From the NCBI GenBank assembly GCA_034780895.1, contig JAUZTB010000065.1, forward strand, positions 13,215,951 to 13,279,950: a DNA stretch of 64,000 bases. Reading direction: 5' to 3'. Below are positions 12,440-24,774 of the stretch, piece after piece (the stretch's first letter is position 1; every line of letters starts with the position of its first letter). This DNA comes from Rhynchobatus australiae (lineage: Eukaryota). A model generated the notes under the pieces. It searched no databases. It was not told the origin of the DNA and saw only the letters and a program-made list of their open reading frames with translations. The position numbers and the translations under genes were made by a program.

Positions 12440-13750
12440 GAATGCACATCCTACACCGTGGGGGAACTCTGGGACACGGTTCTGAACGACCACAGGTGCA
12501 ACGTGTCATGAGCCGGAGGAGATCGAGCTCAGAGTTTCAGAGCTTGAGCAAGAGCCGTGATCCATCCATGAGGCTGAGTACTTTGTGGTGGCATGTTTCA
12601 GGAAGTGATCACCCTGCCCCTCCAGTGCAGATGGGGAGAGCCACAGTGATGAGCAGGTAATTCAGGAGACCCCTGAGGGCATCCTGCTCTCTGGCCAGTA
12701 TTCATTTCTGTCTGTCGATGGGAGAGAGCTGAACTACGCCCAAGAATAAGAGAAAAGAGCCTGTCTGTCCTTAAATGTATATACCTAAATTTATAAAGGT
12801 TTTTGTGAACAAGGCAAGTGAGGGCATTGGACAGGAGTGGCAGCTTAATGTCTCTGGTTACAGAGTTTTCAGATATAACACGGGGCTATAACAAGGGAGG
12901 GCAGTGATGAGGTGGTTATTTTCATTATAGAAACAATCACTAGCTGTGAGAAGGTATGAAGTGTTTAAAAACCCATTGTGAAATTGTCCTTTATTGTTTC
13001 TTGGTTCAGTCTCAATGTTGGGAGTCTATGTAGAGCTCCAAACCATCTGAGGGAGATGGAACAAATTTCTGCTGAGTGCACAGACAAGGGCAGTATTAAT
13101 GGGGGATTTCAATTACTATAATATTAACTGAAGCCAATGTAGTAAGTGATCAAAATCATGAATTTGGGATGTGAAGTTGATTTACATCAAGCCTATGTCC
13201 ACAATACACTCAGGGATGAGATTTACTAGAATGGAGTTGAGGATGAGAGACTGGTTATGTGGAGAGACTGGAAAAGTTGTGGCTGTACATAGAGCAGCAC
13301 ACACAAAATGCTGGAGGAACTCAGTGGGTCAGGCAGCATCTATGGAGGGAAATGGGCAGTTGACATTTCTGGCTATACTTAGAACTGGGAAGTTAAAGGA
13401 GGATTTTAATACAGACTCAACATCATAGGAGTCTTGGAAAGAATTGATAAGGTAAACATTTCCCTCTCTTTCCAGAGATCACAATTCTAAATAATTGACA
13501 AAAATGCCTGGGGCAAAGGATAGGTGAGAAGTTTTTAATGAAACAAGTTGTAATCTAGAATACACTGTCTGAGGGCTGGTGGAGGTAGATCAAACAATAA
13601 CTTCCAGAAGGTCATTCAATATCTGAAAGGGAGGAATTTACAGGATGAAGAAAAAGAACAAGATAAGTGGGACTAATTGAATAGTTCCTTCGAGGGTCCC
13701 CATGTGGCCATGATTGAGGAATGATCTCCTGTGCTGTATTAGACTATGTT
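12440..13750 (+). mobile_element. Heavily deleted CR1: ORF1 remnant, endonuclease remnant and 3' tail
   Basis: ORF1-like EC..C..WE region; WQLNVSGYRVFR and VLMGDFN endonuclease motifs; CR1-like 3' end near 13700. Confidence 0.7.
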
Positions 13751-14164
13751 GCACTCATGTTTTTAATATTTACTAATTCACTCTGGGTAGCAGCTGGTGT
13801 TGTTTTGATCATCATTGACCCACCTTGTTGCAACATCTTGGTTTTTCTACTTAATGAGGCTGGTACTTGTATGGTGAATGCACTAGAATTTGAATCTAGT
13901 CACAATATATCATGCAGAGCTATTTTCAAATGGTCTAATGATGATGACATGGAATGATATAGCACAGAATGAGTCCATTCAGCTCATTATGCGTATGGTA
14001 GAGCTGTCCATGTTAGTTCCACTCCACTGCTCTTTCCCTATTGCTCTGCCTTATATGTGTTTATCTAATTTCCTTTTGGGAATTGCTGTTCCACCTTTTC
14101 TCCCCACAGTTTTTTCCAGATCATAACAACTAGCTGTGGAAATAAAATCTTATCATTTTGTTGT

Positions 14165-14440
14165 ACTGAGAGGTCATCCACCTGAAACATTAACTTTTTC
14201 TCTCTCCACAGAATCTGCCTGGCCTGCTGAGTGTTTCCAGCACTTTATTTTTAGCAGGTGTTTAGTCTGTAGCCTGGTTACCAACCCATCTGCCACTAGA
14301 ATCAATTGTTTCTTATTCAAAATTCAGAAACTTAAGTCCAGATAAAGGGTCTGGACCTAAAACGTCGACTCTCCATTTCCCTCCATAGGTGCTGTCCGAC
14401 CCGCTGAGTTCCTCTATTGATTATTGTATTGCTTCAGAAA
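14165..14440 (+). mobile_element. Two tandem Penelope-derived repeats with hammerhead remnants
   Basis: 14335-14370 reads AGTC-CAGATAA-AGGGTC-TG-GACCT-AAAAC-GTC-GACT; a second copy lies about 170 nt upstream. Confidence 0.7.
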
Positions 14441-15006
14441 TGTTAAGTGTTTCTTATAAATCTCTCTCAAACCTTTTCTGTTCTGAAAGAGAACAGAACC
14501 AGCTTTACCAGTCATGAATTACAACTGTACCAGATGAGGTGACTACTTGCACCATTTCCCTTGTTGACCTTCCCCTGTTCAAAAGATATAAAACTAGTCA
14601 TGAAAATAGTTTTGAAGTGTGTGTGCTGAGGGAGATTTAATAACTACAGCTGAAACTGAGCAGTGGAGAGCCACTGGCTATTCATCTCTGTGACATGGGC
14701 TCCATTTTGGTCCAAATACTGGGCTGACTCTCTGCTCCATCCGTTACTTGGAAGGATTGATGGAACATAACCTTCAGTGGGNNNNNNNNNNCATGTACAA
14801 TTGCCCCTGTTTTGCCTTCTTTGAACTGACAGTATTATGTGACATATTAAACAAATATCTCATGGTGTAGTAGAGGGAGCTCTACTGAGATTAGGGTAAG
14901 GTGAATTGGTGGGAGTAGAGTGAGCTTGACTCTGTATCTTACCCATGCTGTATCATGCCTTTTGCACAGTTCCCAGTGTATTGATGCCCACTGTTTACTA
15001 TTCAAG

Positions 15007-15126
15007 GACTGCTAAATCCAATGAATTCAGAAACCAACAAAGATGGTGGACAATTGGTTCTAGCTGGGGATCCAAAGCAGCTGGGACCAGTGCTGAGATC
15101 CCCCATCGCCATCAAGAATGGACTAG
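15007..15126 (+). CDS. MOV10: MOV10 exon, motif III (GLLNPMNSETNKDGGQLVLAGDPKQLGPVLRSPIAIKNGL)
   Basis: aag| and |gtaagc; GDPxQLGP motif; phases match neighbouring exons. Confidence 0.96.
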
Positions 15127-15689
15127 GTAAGCGTGGATTGAGATTGTCTTTCTGCTCTCCTTCTCCCTACCTCTTCTGTGCAAACCTTTTAACTGGACTA
15201 AATGTTCCTTTGGTGTTGGATCCTTTCTGATATCTCGTGCTGGTGCCACAGTTTTATCCAATTGCAAATATTTACGGGAAGTTCCAGTGCTGCTTTGCCA
15301 AACTCTTTTACATCCTGTCAGCAACCTCTCATTCATTCCCATTTTTTTGGATCACAAACTACATTGACCAAGTTTTTGTTTTGGGTTCTTGTGTTCACCA
15401 AAGCTCAATAAAGGAAATTAACAAGATGGTTTCTGATTGTTGCTGCAAACCACACACACTTAGATCACGAGGGTGGGATTGAGGTTTTGCCGTGGGACCT
15501 TCATTGATAACCGCAGGATACCAGCATTGCCTGTCTGAATGAGTGAGTGATGGGTCTGCGCAACCACGTAATGCTTTTACTGTGGTTAATATTTTAAGGT
15601 GCTACAAGGGAACATGATCAAACCACATTTTACATAAAGCTAAAGCTTCATTAGAACAGTTGACTAAAAACTTGGTGCATGAATTGGGG

Positions 15690-15960
15690 TTAAAGAGACA
15701 CCTTTAAGAAGGGCGATGGGGTGCAGAGATTTAAAGAGGGAATTCTGGAACTGGAGATCTCGGCAGTTGAAGGAAAGGCCAGCAGTGGTTGAATGGAAAA
15801 CAAAACTGAGGATGTGAAAGCATTCAACATGGGAGGACCAGAGATCTTAGAGGGTTGCAGAGCTGTAGCAGGTGACGATGGGGCCAAGTGCCAACGAGGG
15901 CTTTGAAAATGAGAATGAACATTTTGAAATACATTTGTCGGGCCAGGTGCCACTATGGCT
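15690..15960 (-). mobile_element. L2 LINE 3' fragment (similar pieces at about 16780-16990, 23680-23900 and 62190-62330)
   Basis: Degenerate resemblance to the L2 C-terminal AFS..P.LWNSLP..FK..LKT region. Confidence 0.55.
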
Positions 15961-17111
15961 CCGTGAGGGCACAACCACCAGTGGTTTAAGGTGAGAGTTG
16001 CTCCTAATCGGCTATTTTATTCACTTGCCATAATGTATCACTTTTAATGGTGCAGTTCCTGCTTGTTAGCACAATACAGATGGAGGGATTACTACACTGG
16101 TGTATTCTAAGCACCTCTGTTCTCATTTTACTTACTTAAAAAGAAAGATGCAGGAGGAGGAGGTGCAAAAAAAAAATTCAGCGAAGACACCAGAGCATTG
16201 GAGGTGGCTCTGTCTGGAAGGATGCATTGGTAGGGTCTTTTCTCAAGATAAGTGGCCAAGGTTGGAGATCTTCATTGAGATGATGTTTCCATTAGTGGGC
16301 AAGACCAGAACAAAGGAATGTAAACACATTTCTCAAGTTCTTTACCATCATTGTGGACCCTGGGCTGTTTGAGCTGCTTCTGTACGTTGTAACTTCCTAA
16401 AATTGGATGTTTGTACACATTATATAGATACTTAAACGCACAGCTCCTGATCCACAAAGTTGACACCCGTTGGTCACTGTCAGTTGACTCGTTGGCTTTT
16501 AAATCCTTTGTTTTCAGAGAGGCACGGAGGAGTCATCAAGCAGCAGTAGTGATGTGTACTCTCTGTGAGACTGAGTAATGATTTGTAATCAGTCTACTTA
16601 ATGGGGACTGTCTGTTGTGTTATGAACCTCCCAGCTATCCTCGATCACCTCCACTGATGAGGGGCGGGAGCCATTGCCCTCACTGGCATCTCCTTGTGGC
16701 CATGTGGAAGTTGTCTGGCACAATGTATGCAGAACAAGATTCTTGGTGGCATAATTAGGTATAACCAGATACATGATAGCATTAGGAAAGGTGGCCAATA
16801 GTAGGGTTTTAAGGAACATTTTGAAGGAAGAGAAATGAATGGGGAGATGTAGAGTTTGGGATGAAAGGAGTGTATTTTGCACTGGAGGCTGGAAGAGTGC
16901 GGAGATCTGAGGATTGTGAATCGGGAAGGAGATGGTGAGGATGAAGCTCAGGAGCAATTCAAATACAATGATTGTTTTGAAACTGTGGTATCCCTTGAGA
17001 GAGAGAAATAAATCAAGACTTGATGCAAATCATGTTTTCAGGCTCTGTTCTTCAGCTTAGAAGGAAGTCTGCTTCATTGCCTAAATTACAATCACTCATG
17101 GTGTCTTTCAG

Positions 17112-17220
17112 AATTGTCATTGCTGGAGCGGTTGATGAACACCAACACTCTTTACCAGAAGAATTCAGCCAACGGATCGTACAACCAAGATTTTGTAACA
17201 AAACTTCTTCGCAATTACAG
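17112..17220 (+). CDS. MOV10: MOV10 exon (ELSLLERLMNTNTLYQKNSANGSYNQDFVTKLLRNYR)
   Basis: cag| and |gtgaga; SLLERL and KLLRNYR motifs. Confidence 0.96.
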
Positions 17221-18639
17221 GTGAGACCTGTACAGGTCCTATCTAGAAAAGCTAGGCCTGTGATGTCTGACCAGTCTTGGGTTTCTTGACTTTATACTCC
17301 CCCTTTCCTTTCCCTTGCTTGAATATGGTTTCATTTGCCTTCTGGTGGCTCACCTGAATATCACTAATTGAAGAATGAGCCTTGATCGTGGGCTTTTATT
17401 TTGCAGGCTATTTAACCAGAGTGGGCACTGCATAAAAGCCAGATCCCATATCTCGCTTCCATACTTTACCAGTAATTTGTGTGTATATATTTTTTGTTAC
17501 TCTTTCTCCTCGACTTGTTTCTTTCTCTCCAAAAAAGCTCTCCATCACTTTGCCCTACAGACGCTCTTTATACCCCATTGAAATTGACATTGTCTATAGC
17601 GCAAAGTGGCTGTCACGTGCTGACCTAATCCCAAACGATGCCTGCCAGTGTAGGGATTGTGACTGGACCTTCAGACCTGCTCCTACTCAAACTCGGGCTC
17701 AAGGTGAATGCAACCCAACTTGCTCCCGAGACTGCCTGCCTTGGATATCAGCGAACGTTTTCTTGGATGTCAGGCACATTGTGAAATGACCCATGGCTCA
17801 AGGAAGCAAGGCTTCCCTTTCCTGTTGTCTTTGAAATAGACCTTTTGAGGTGGAGGAATAGCTCCTGGGGACTGCAGAGGAACCAGGTTTTGCATGCCTG
17901 CAAGATTGAGTTGAGTGGAGGATGGTGTGGAGCTTACAGCAGGTGCCTCTGGCTGGAAAGACCAGCATAGCTGGACCATACTGAATGGCCTACAAGGGAT
18001 GAGCCTGTTGGTGTGGGATTCTCCTAAGTTGCCCGGATCTTGGTCACATGTTTGAGTCTGGAGCATTGTCAAATAGCAGGTGTCATCCTTGATTACTTGC
18101 CTCCCATGGTGATGGCTCAGCCAGGGGCTTAAAATCAAGACAGTTCCTTGTGGAGATGGCTACTTTATTGTGTTGAGGTCTGGGGTAAAGCATGTAAAAC
18201 AATTGTAAACCCTGTTTTNNNNNNNNNNNNNNNNNNNNNNNNNNNNNNNNNNNNNNNNNNNNNNNNNNNNNNNNNNNNNNNNNNNNNNNNNNNNNNNNNN
18301 NNNNNNNNNNNNNNNNNNATGGAGAAGGAGCAAGACACTGAAGATCTTAAGATGGATGCTGTCTTCTACCTGGTGGGGGAAGGTGAAATCCCCTCAGGTC
18401 AGTTTTCCTCCCTTTTGTAGTGGGTTTTGCTGGCTGTAGAGTATACTGGTCAATGGCCGTTATTTGAAGATGTGGTCAAGAAGTTCCTGATACTTGCTCA
18501 CTTCTTCTGAAATGCATGATGTTAATCAGATTTTTTTTGACAAGTTTTTAGGGCAGGAAGACAAATTGAGAATAATCTGAGAAACCTTTCCTGCTTCACT
18601 TCTCTCTCTCTTTCCTGGGATGGGTTAGCAACCAACATC

Positions 18640-19410
18640 CATTATGTGCAGCCAGACACCCACAATAATCTTGACTACCTCTTTTCTTGCTCTGCTTCCT
18701 GCAAGGACTCCATTCTACTCTCCCATGTTATCTCCTTTTGTGCCTGAGACTTTCTATAGCCAATGCACCCCGTTTTCTCAATCCAGGCTTCCCCTCGACC
18801 ATATTTGACTGGGCTCTCACCGTCTCCTCCATGTCCCACACCTCTGCTCTCAGCCCCTCTCCCCTTCCACCCCACCGGCCTTGATGTTCAGTCGATCGCC
18901 CTCTAATTTCTGTCACTTTTGATTCCATCACCAGACGTTCCTCCTCCTCTCCCAACATTCTGAAGGGACCATTCCCCTGTGACTCCCTGGTTCAGTCGTT
19001 CACTGAATTTCTTGCAGCAGGTTCCCTTGCAATTGCAGGAGATGCAATCCTTGCCCTTTTACCTTGTATCTTCCCACCAGTCAATGACTCCCTCAGTCCT
19101 TCCAGGTGAAGCTGGGAGTCATCTGCACTTCTTTCAATTTAGTGCACTACATTTGATGTTCCAGATGGGTGCTCATCTACATTAGAGAAATTAAATGCAG
19201 GTTGTTGACTGCTTTACAGAATGCCCCTGTGCAGTCTGCGAGCACAACCCTGACCTTTACAGTGAGCTGTCAGTTTAATTCTCCATCCTACTCCCATTCT
19301 GACCCCTGTCTTTGGCCTCCTACACTGTTTCATCAAGCCCAACACAAGGACTGGGAACAGCAACTCATCTTCCATCTTGGCATGCTGCAGTGCTTGGGAT
19401 TCCATTAGAA
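18640..19410 (+). mobile_element. Penelope-like element remnant (RT C-terminus plus GIY-YIG endonuclease)
   Basis: LDY..S.SASCKDSI; FQVK..CTSFNLV..I.C..C.LIYIRE.K; C-terminal EQQLIFHLGMLQ..G. Confidence 0.8.
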
Positions 19411-19644
19411 CCATAGAACAATACAGCACAATACAGGCCCTTCGGCCCACCGTGTTGTGCCGCCCATCAAACTACACCTCCTGCCATCTAACCCTTTCCT
19501 CCCGCATATCCCACTATCCCACACTCATCCATATGCCTGTCCAACAACCTCTTGAACCTGTCCAACCTATCTGCCTCCACCACCACCCCAGGCAGCACAT
19601 TCCATGCACCAACCACTCTCTGGGTGAAAAACCTCCCTCTGACA
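19410..19644 (-). mobile_element. CR1 3' end, little diverged (closely similar tail at 20510-20570)
   Basis: CATAGAACAATACAGCACAATACAGGCCCTTCGGCCCACC terminus. Confidence 0.85.
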
Positions 19645-20724
19645 NNNNNNNNNNNNNNNNNNNNNNNNNNNNNNNNNNNNNNNNNNNNNNNNNNNNNNNN
19701 NNNNNNNNNNNNNNNNNNNNNNNNNNNNNNNNNNNNNNNNNNNNGATTCCTCTTCTGATCTCTGAGGCAAGATTCCTTCCAGTTGCTGCCTGTGTTTGTC
19801 CTGAGGAAGTATCCTGACTCTTGTACCAGTGTGCTGCATTTAGGTTCTGAGTTTGCTCAACATTGTGACAGAGGAGGGGTGGTGTTACTGGTCAGGGACA
19901 CTGTTACAGCTGCAGGAAGGGAATTCACTGGTCCTCCACCTTTTCTGACTTAAACCCTGGGATATTCTCCCCAGTGACACAATGCGAGCACCTTCACCAG
20001 GAGATCTGCAAACATTTAAGAAGACAGCTCACGACACTTTCTCAAGGACAGTTAGGGATTGCTTGCACATGCTGGCCTTGCCAATGACATCCAGGTCCTG
20101 AGCAAAGAATCAATTGAGATGGAGCTGCAGAACAATCGCACTGAACATTGTGCATCATGGCACGCTGCTCTGGGGCCTGTTCCCAGGGACAGGCATTGAG
20201 ACAGTACCAACTGTTGCCAGTAAATTATTGACTTGATAATTGGCAGCCTCCAAACTGCCTCAACGTTGTGCACTAAACACTGCTGTCTGGCACATTCCAG
20301 AATTCAAGACTATCTGCAGAGGAATGCACTCAAACTGGGTGTGGTCACCACAAAGGTTCTGTAGGGTGGAGCTGCAGTTTGGGCTCGCTGATCATTGCAC
20401 ACTGAGAGCCTGCATTGTAACATCCCCTCATCTGGGCCCAAGAAACGTATCTGAAGTGAGGGAGAGACCGTGCTGATGTAATGTGAATCTCATCGGCAAA
20501 TGGAATGCCATAGAACAATACAGCACAATATAGGCCCTTCGGCCCACCATGTTGTGCTGCCCATCAAACCACAACCCTCTGCTTTCTACCGTCAAGCCAA
20601 TTCCTAATCCACACAGCCAAGCTTCCCTGGATCCCGTGGCTCCTGACCTTTCTATAATTCTATAATTAATTCGGTATTTTCAGATAATCTGCCTTTCTTG
20701 TCCGAATCAGAATCAGTCCATTCA

Positions 20725-21135
20725 GGTTTAAGGTCAGCACCTATAACATTGTTGTTCTATCTCCATAGATGCTCACTGATCTGTTGAGTATTTTCAGCAT
20801 TCTCCTTTGTTTCAGATTTCCATGGACTGCTGTAGTCCTGCATTTAGTTATAACAATTTTATTTTCCTCTGTACTTCCCTTATTCATCTGCTTCTATTTA
20901 CATCTCCGGACTGATCAGCTCCCTTTCTCCACCTAGACAATGGTGGTCTCCACCCTATCACATACATTCCTTTTATTCCCTTCAACTTAAAACACACTGG
21001 TTTCTTTTTCCGATCTGATGAGGGGACATTTGACTTGAAAAGTTGATTCTGTTTCTCTTTCCACAGATGCTGCTTGACCATGAGCTTTTCTGGTATTTGT
21101 TTTTATTTCAGATTTTCCAGCATCTGCAGTTTTTT
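20725..21135 (+). mobile_element. Two tandem Penelope-derived terminal repeats; the second keeps CTGATGA...GAAA (21015-21040)
   Basis: CTGATGA-GGGGAC-ATTT-GACTT-GAAA, then CCACAGATGCTGC..CCAGCATCTGCAG. Confidence 0.7.
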
Positions 21136-21625
21136 GGTTTTTAAACACTGCTCCTTGGGGAGTTCTGTACCAGAGCAGGAGCTAAGCAGAACTTAGCTCC
21201 TGAGTTATTGAACAATTTTCAGATGCAGAGAATTTGGAAAAGTTTTGGGAATGCATCTGTAAACAGCAGTAGGCAAACTATATAGTTAATTTCAAACAGG
21301 AGACTGTAAATCATGACATAATGGGGTGGGGGGAATTGTGTTTATAGAATTGGGTTACAATCAGCCATGATATACCTGAACGATAAAAATGTCACTTGGG
21401 GTTAAACTGCTTCCTCTTGTTTGGATCTTCTGCTGGGTAAACACAAACGAACGGACAGATACATTGTTAATTGGGTTAAGTGTGAACTTCCCCACACTCT
21501 TCACCCAACCTTTAACCTGTTTGGGCAAATGGCCTGTTCTTGTGCTTTAATTTCAAAATGAATGGAAAAAGTTTGCAATATGTTTGACTATTTGCAATAG
21601 CATTTGTGGTTGCTGTGTTTATTAG

Positions 21626-21743
21626 GTCCCATCCCGAGATCCTCAAGATTCCTAATGAATTGTTCTATGACAGAGAGCTCCAGAATCACGCTGATGAAAT
21701 AATAATCAACTCTTACTGCCAGTGGCAATATTTGCCTAAGAAG
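21626..21743 (+). CDS. MOV10: MOV10 exon (SHPEILKIPNELFYDRELQNHADEIIINSYCQWQYLPKK)
   Basis: tag| and |gtaagt; completes the YRSHP motif. Confidence 0.96.
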
Positions 21744-21989
21744 GTAAGTTTATTGGGCTCAAGTGTATCTTGTGCTTAGTTATCAGTTATGTGTACTACA
21801 CACTAGCCAAGTTTAGGGCTTCTCTTGTGGTGGAGACATTCCAGCAATGTTGTGGGAAGTTGATCGCTTGGGGGGGTGGGGGAAGAGGGTAAATTAGTGA
21901 CTGGTCACAAACTAAATATTAATTTCAATCTGTGCATTAAGCTTGTTTCGGTAATTGGGATCCTGATGTTGAATGTTTTGGAATTCCAG

Positions 21990-22181
21990 AATTTCCCGTT
22001 AATCTTCCATGGAGTTCTTGGACAAGATGAGAGAGAAGAGAAGAGCCCATCCTTCTTCAATAGTCATGAGATCGAGCTAGTGCTGTTCTACCTCAAAAAC
22101 CTGCTGACCAACCAGGGGAAGAAAGGTCTTGCCAAGATTTCACCCAAGGAAATTGGTGTGATTGCTCCTTACAGGAAACAG
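21990..22181 (+). CDS. MOV10: MOV10 exon (NFPLIFHGVLGQDEREEKSPSFFN...IGVIAPYRKQ)
   Basis: cag| and |gtttgg; 192 nt, phase 0; IGVIAPYRKQ motif. Confidence 0.96.
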
Positions 22182-23415
22182 GTTTGGAAACTCCATTTTC
22201 AATGAGATGTTGATAAATAACTTTCAGAGAATATACAAGGACAGACTCCCAACCATCTTTTTCACTGCCTCATCTTCAGAGTAACAATCTTCCTCAAGTT
22301 TTCAGTCTGTCTGTCATCACTGGCACCCCACTCCCACCCTGCCTCCCAAACCTGCTCACCATAAAAGAAAAATCATTGCCCCCTCCCTGATTCTAACCTC
22401 CTCCCTGATTCAGAATATCTGAATCGTGGACATCCTCCTCCTTCACCCTGCTGTAATCCCAACAGGTTTAACAAACTCTAGTGCAGTGAGCGTCCCCCCA
22501 TATTCCACTTCTCTGCCCTTTCTCACCTCCCTCCACAACCCTCATAAATAAATACTACCTTCAAGTATTTATCTCGTTATTCAATCTGCTTCCATCGTTC
22601 TTTAAGATGATGGAGAACAAATCAGAGCCTCTCTGCTTCTTTAAAACATTATCTTGTCTCCCACCCTGGTTCTTCCTTCAATTTCTTTTTAAAAAGCACC
22701 CTTTCAATATTGAATGAAATGTTCACAGCGCATCAGAGATGTAATTACTAGCTTGGAGTCAAAACAACAGGGAGATGCTTGCTTGAAGTGTAAGGTTTTG
22801 GAGGATGTAGAGAAGAGTGACTAAAAGCTTGACCGGAGGTAGAGCTTGGTGTCAGGATATCATAGAGAAATGTGGCACGGAAACACATCCTTTGGCACAA
22901 CTCCTCCATGCCAACCAAGGTGCCTATCTCAGCTATCCATATAAAATATCTGTAAGATGGAGCCCATTTGACCAAAGACAACTGCCGGTGGTGGAGTGAA
23001 GTGTGAGGTTGTGTGCAAGAAGCTGTGGTCGGAGAAGTAGCTGTTATGAAGGGTTGTGGGTTAAATGAGTTGGACACGTTATTAGATGCTGGTAAGTTGT
23101 GGGAAGCTTGCTTAAATATCCCCTCTTCCAAATGACTGCACCCCCTCTCCGTCCCTAAATCTTAAGGGACGCTGAAGCCAATTATGTAGCCCTCGCACAC
23201 AGGTCAATATTAGATGAGAATGCGAAGTTTTTCAGCTCTAGTTACTAGATGAGGATATTGAAGATGTGTAGAATTAAGAAATAGCCAATGCATATTGAGC
23301 ATGGTCTGTCTGAATGGCAGAATATGATCAAGGGGCTGAATGGTTGCTCCTGCGTTATTCGCCACCAGAGGGAACTCTGAGCAGTGATGTTTGATTTGCT
23401 TCTCCCTTTCCACAG

Positions 23416-23490
23416 GTGGAAAAGATCAGAAAGGCAATAAACGTATTCGACAGGGAGCTGAAGGCAATGGATAACATCAATGAGTTGAAG
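23416..23490 (+). CDS. MOV10: MOV10 exon (VEKIRKAINVFDRELKAMDNINELK)
   Basis: cag| and |gtatgt; matches MOV10 VEKIR...DREL...IKDLK. Confidence 0.95.
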
Positions 23491-24610
23491 GTATGTGTTC
23501 CTGAAATGTCTGCTAATATTCTTTCCCTGGATTCCTTCTACTTCCCCTTTTTTCACTATCTACAACTTTGTTCACATTGTGTTTGCAAATGGATACAAAT
23601 CTGTGATTACTTGTTGCCAGGGTAAAGTCCTATACTCTGCTCCCAGATAAATTGCTCATTTTTAAAAAAAATTCTCATTGTTTTCAAATGTCTTCATGGC
23701 TGCATCCCCATCAATCTCTGAAACCCTTCGATCCTGGAATCTCAAATTATTATCTCTTGACCATGGGTTTAGTAGCTGTACTATTATGGCTGGCAAGGGC
23801 CTAAGCTCTGGAATTCCTGCCCTAAACTTCCCTACCTCCTACCTGTTCCTCCTGATTAAGTTTTTGGACACCTGCCTTGAAATCTCCTATGTGAGTCAAT
23901 GTTTTTAAGTCTTATGAAGTCTCTGGAATTGTATGGCAACTTCGTACATAAAACCAGTACACATGCAGACACAGCAGTTTCAAGGCTAGTTTCTAGGCGA
24001 TGGAAAGCATCTTGCATTTACAGCATGGTACATAATCTTGTTTCTGCAAGCCATCATGGCATTGACTTAGTTCAGCAATTTCCTTGCAGATCACATAAAC
24101 ATAAATCTAATAATTATCAGACAGTCTGTTCTAGTGAAAGGTGAGGGATAAATATTGATTCTGCTTTTCGAATAGTACTTGGAATTGGTTCTTAAAATGT
24201 CCTTCCATTTAAATAGTTCATGTCTCGTTCAGCGCATCCCACAGTGAGCACTCCTTCATCACTGCACTGGGGGCATCAAACTAGATCTGAGTGGGAGATG
24301 ACTAGCAAGCTCGCTCTTGAATGAGAGTGCTATGTACTGAATCATGGGTGTACTAGTGTTGATGAGAATGAACCATATTGCCTGCAACTTGATAGTCATT
24401 TGTACAGTAGCCTCTTAAGACAAGGTGGTATACCTAAGGATGATGGGTTATAATTAATTGCTCAAGGAGTAGTATAATTGATATAGACTTTATACTCAAG
24501 CTCTGGCCTTGAAGGCAACAACACCAATAGCTCAGGATCGGTGGCTGCTTGACTGAGCGGAACAATGTGAATGGTGTATTTTGTATTTTCATGCATTTGC
24601 ATTTCATTAG

Positions 24611-24736
24611 GTGGGGTCGGTTGAGGAGTTCCAGGGGCAGGAACGGAAGGTAATCCTCATCTCCACTGTCCGAAGCAACTCGGACTATCTGCAGATGGAC
24701 GAGAATTTCAATCTAGGATTCCTCAAAAACCCAAAG
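24611..24736 (+). CDS. MOV10: MOV10 exon, motif V ([22 protein letters not shown]...[10 protein letters not shown])
   Basis: tag| and |gtaaat; EEFQGQE motif. Confidence 0.97.
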
Positions 24737-24774
24737 GTAAATTGGCACTACTTTCTCCCTTCCACCTCTCATTC

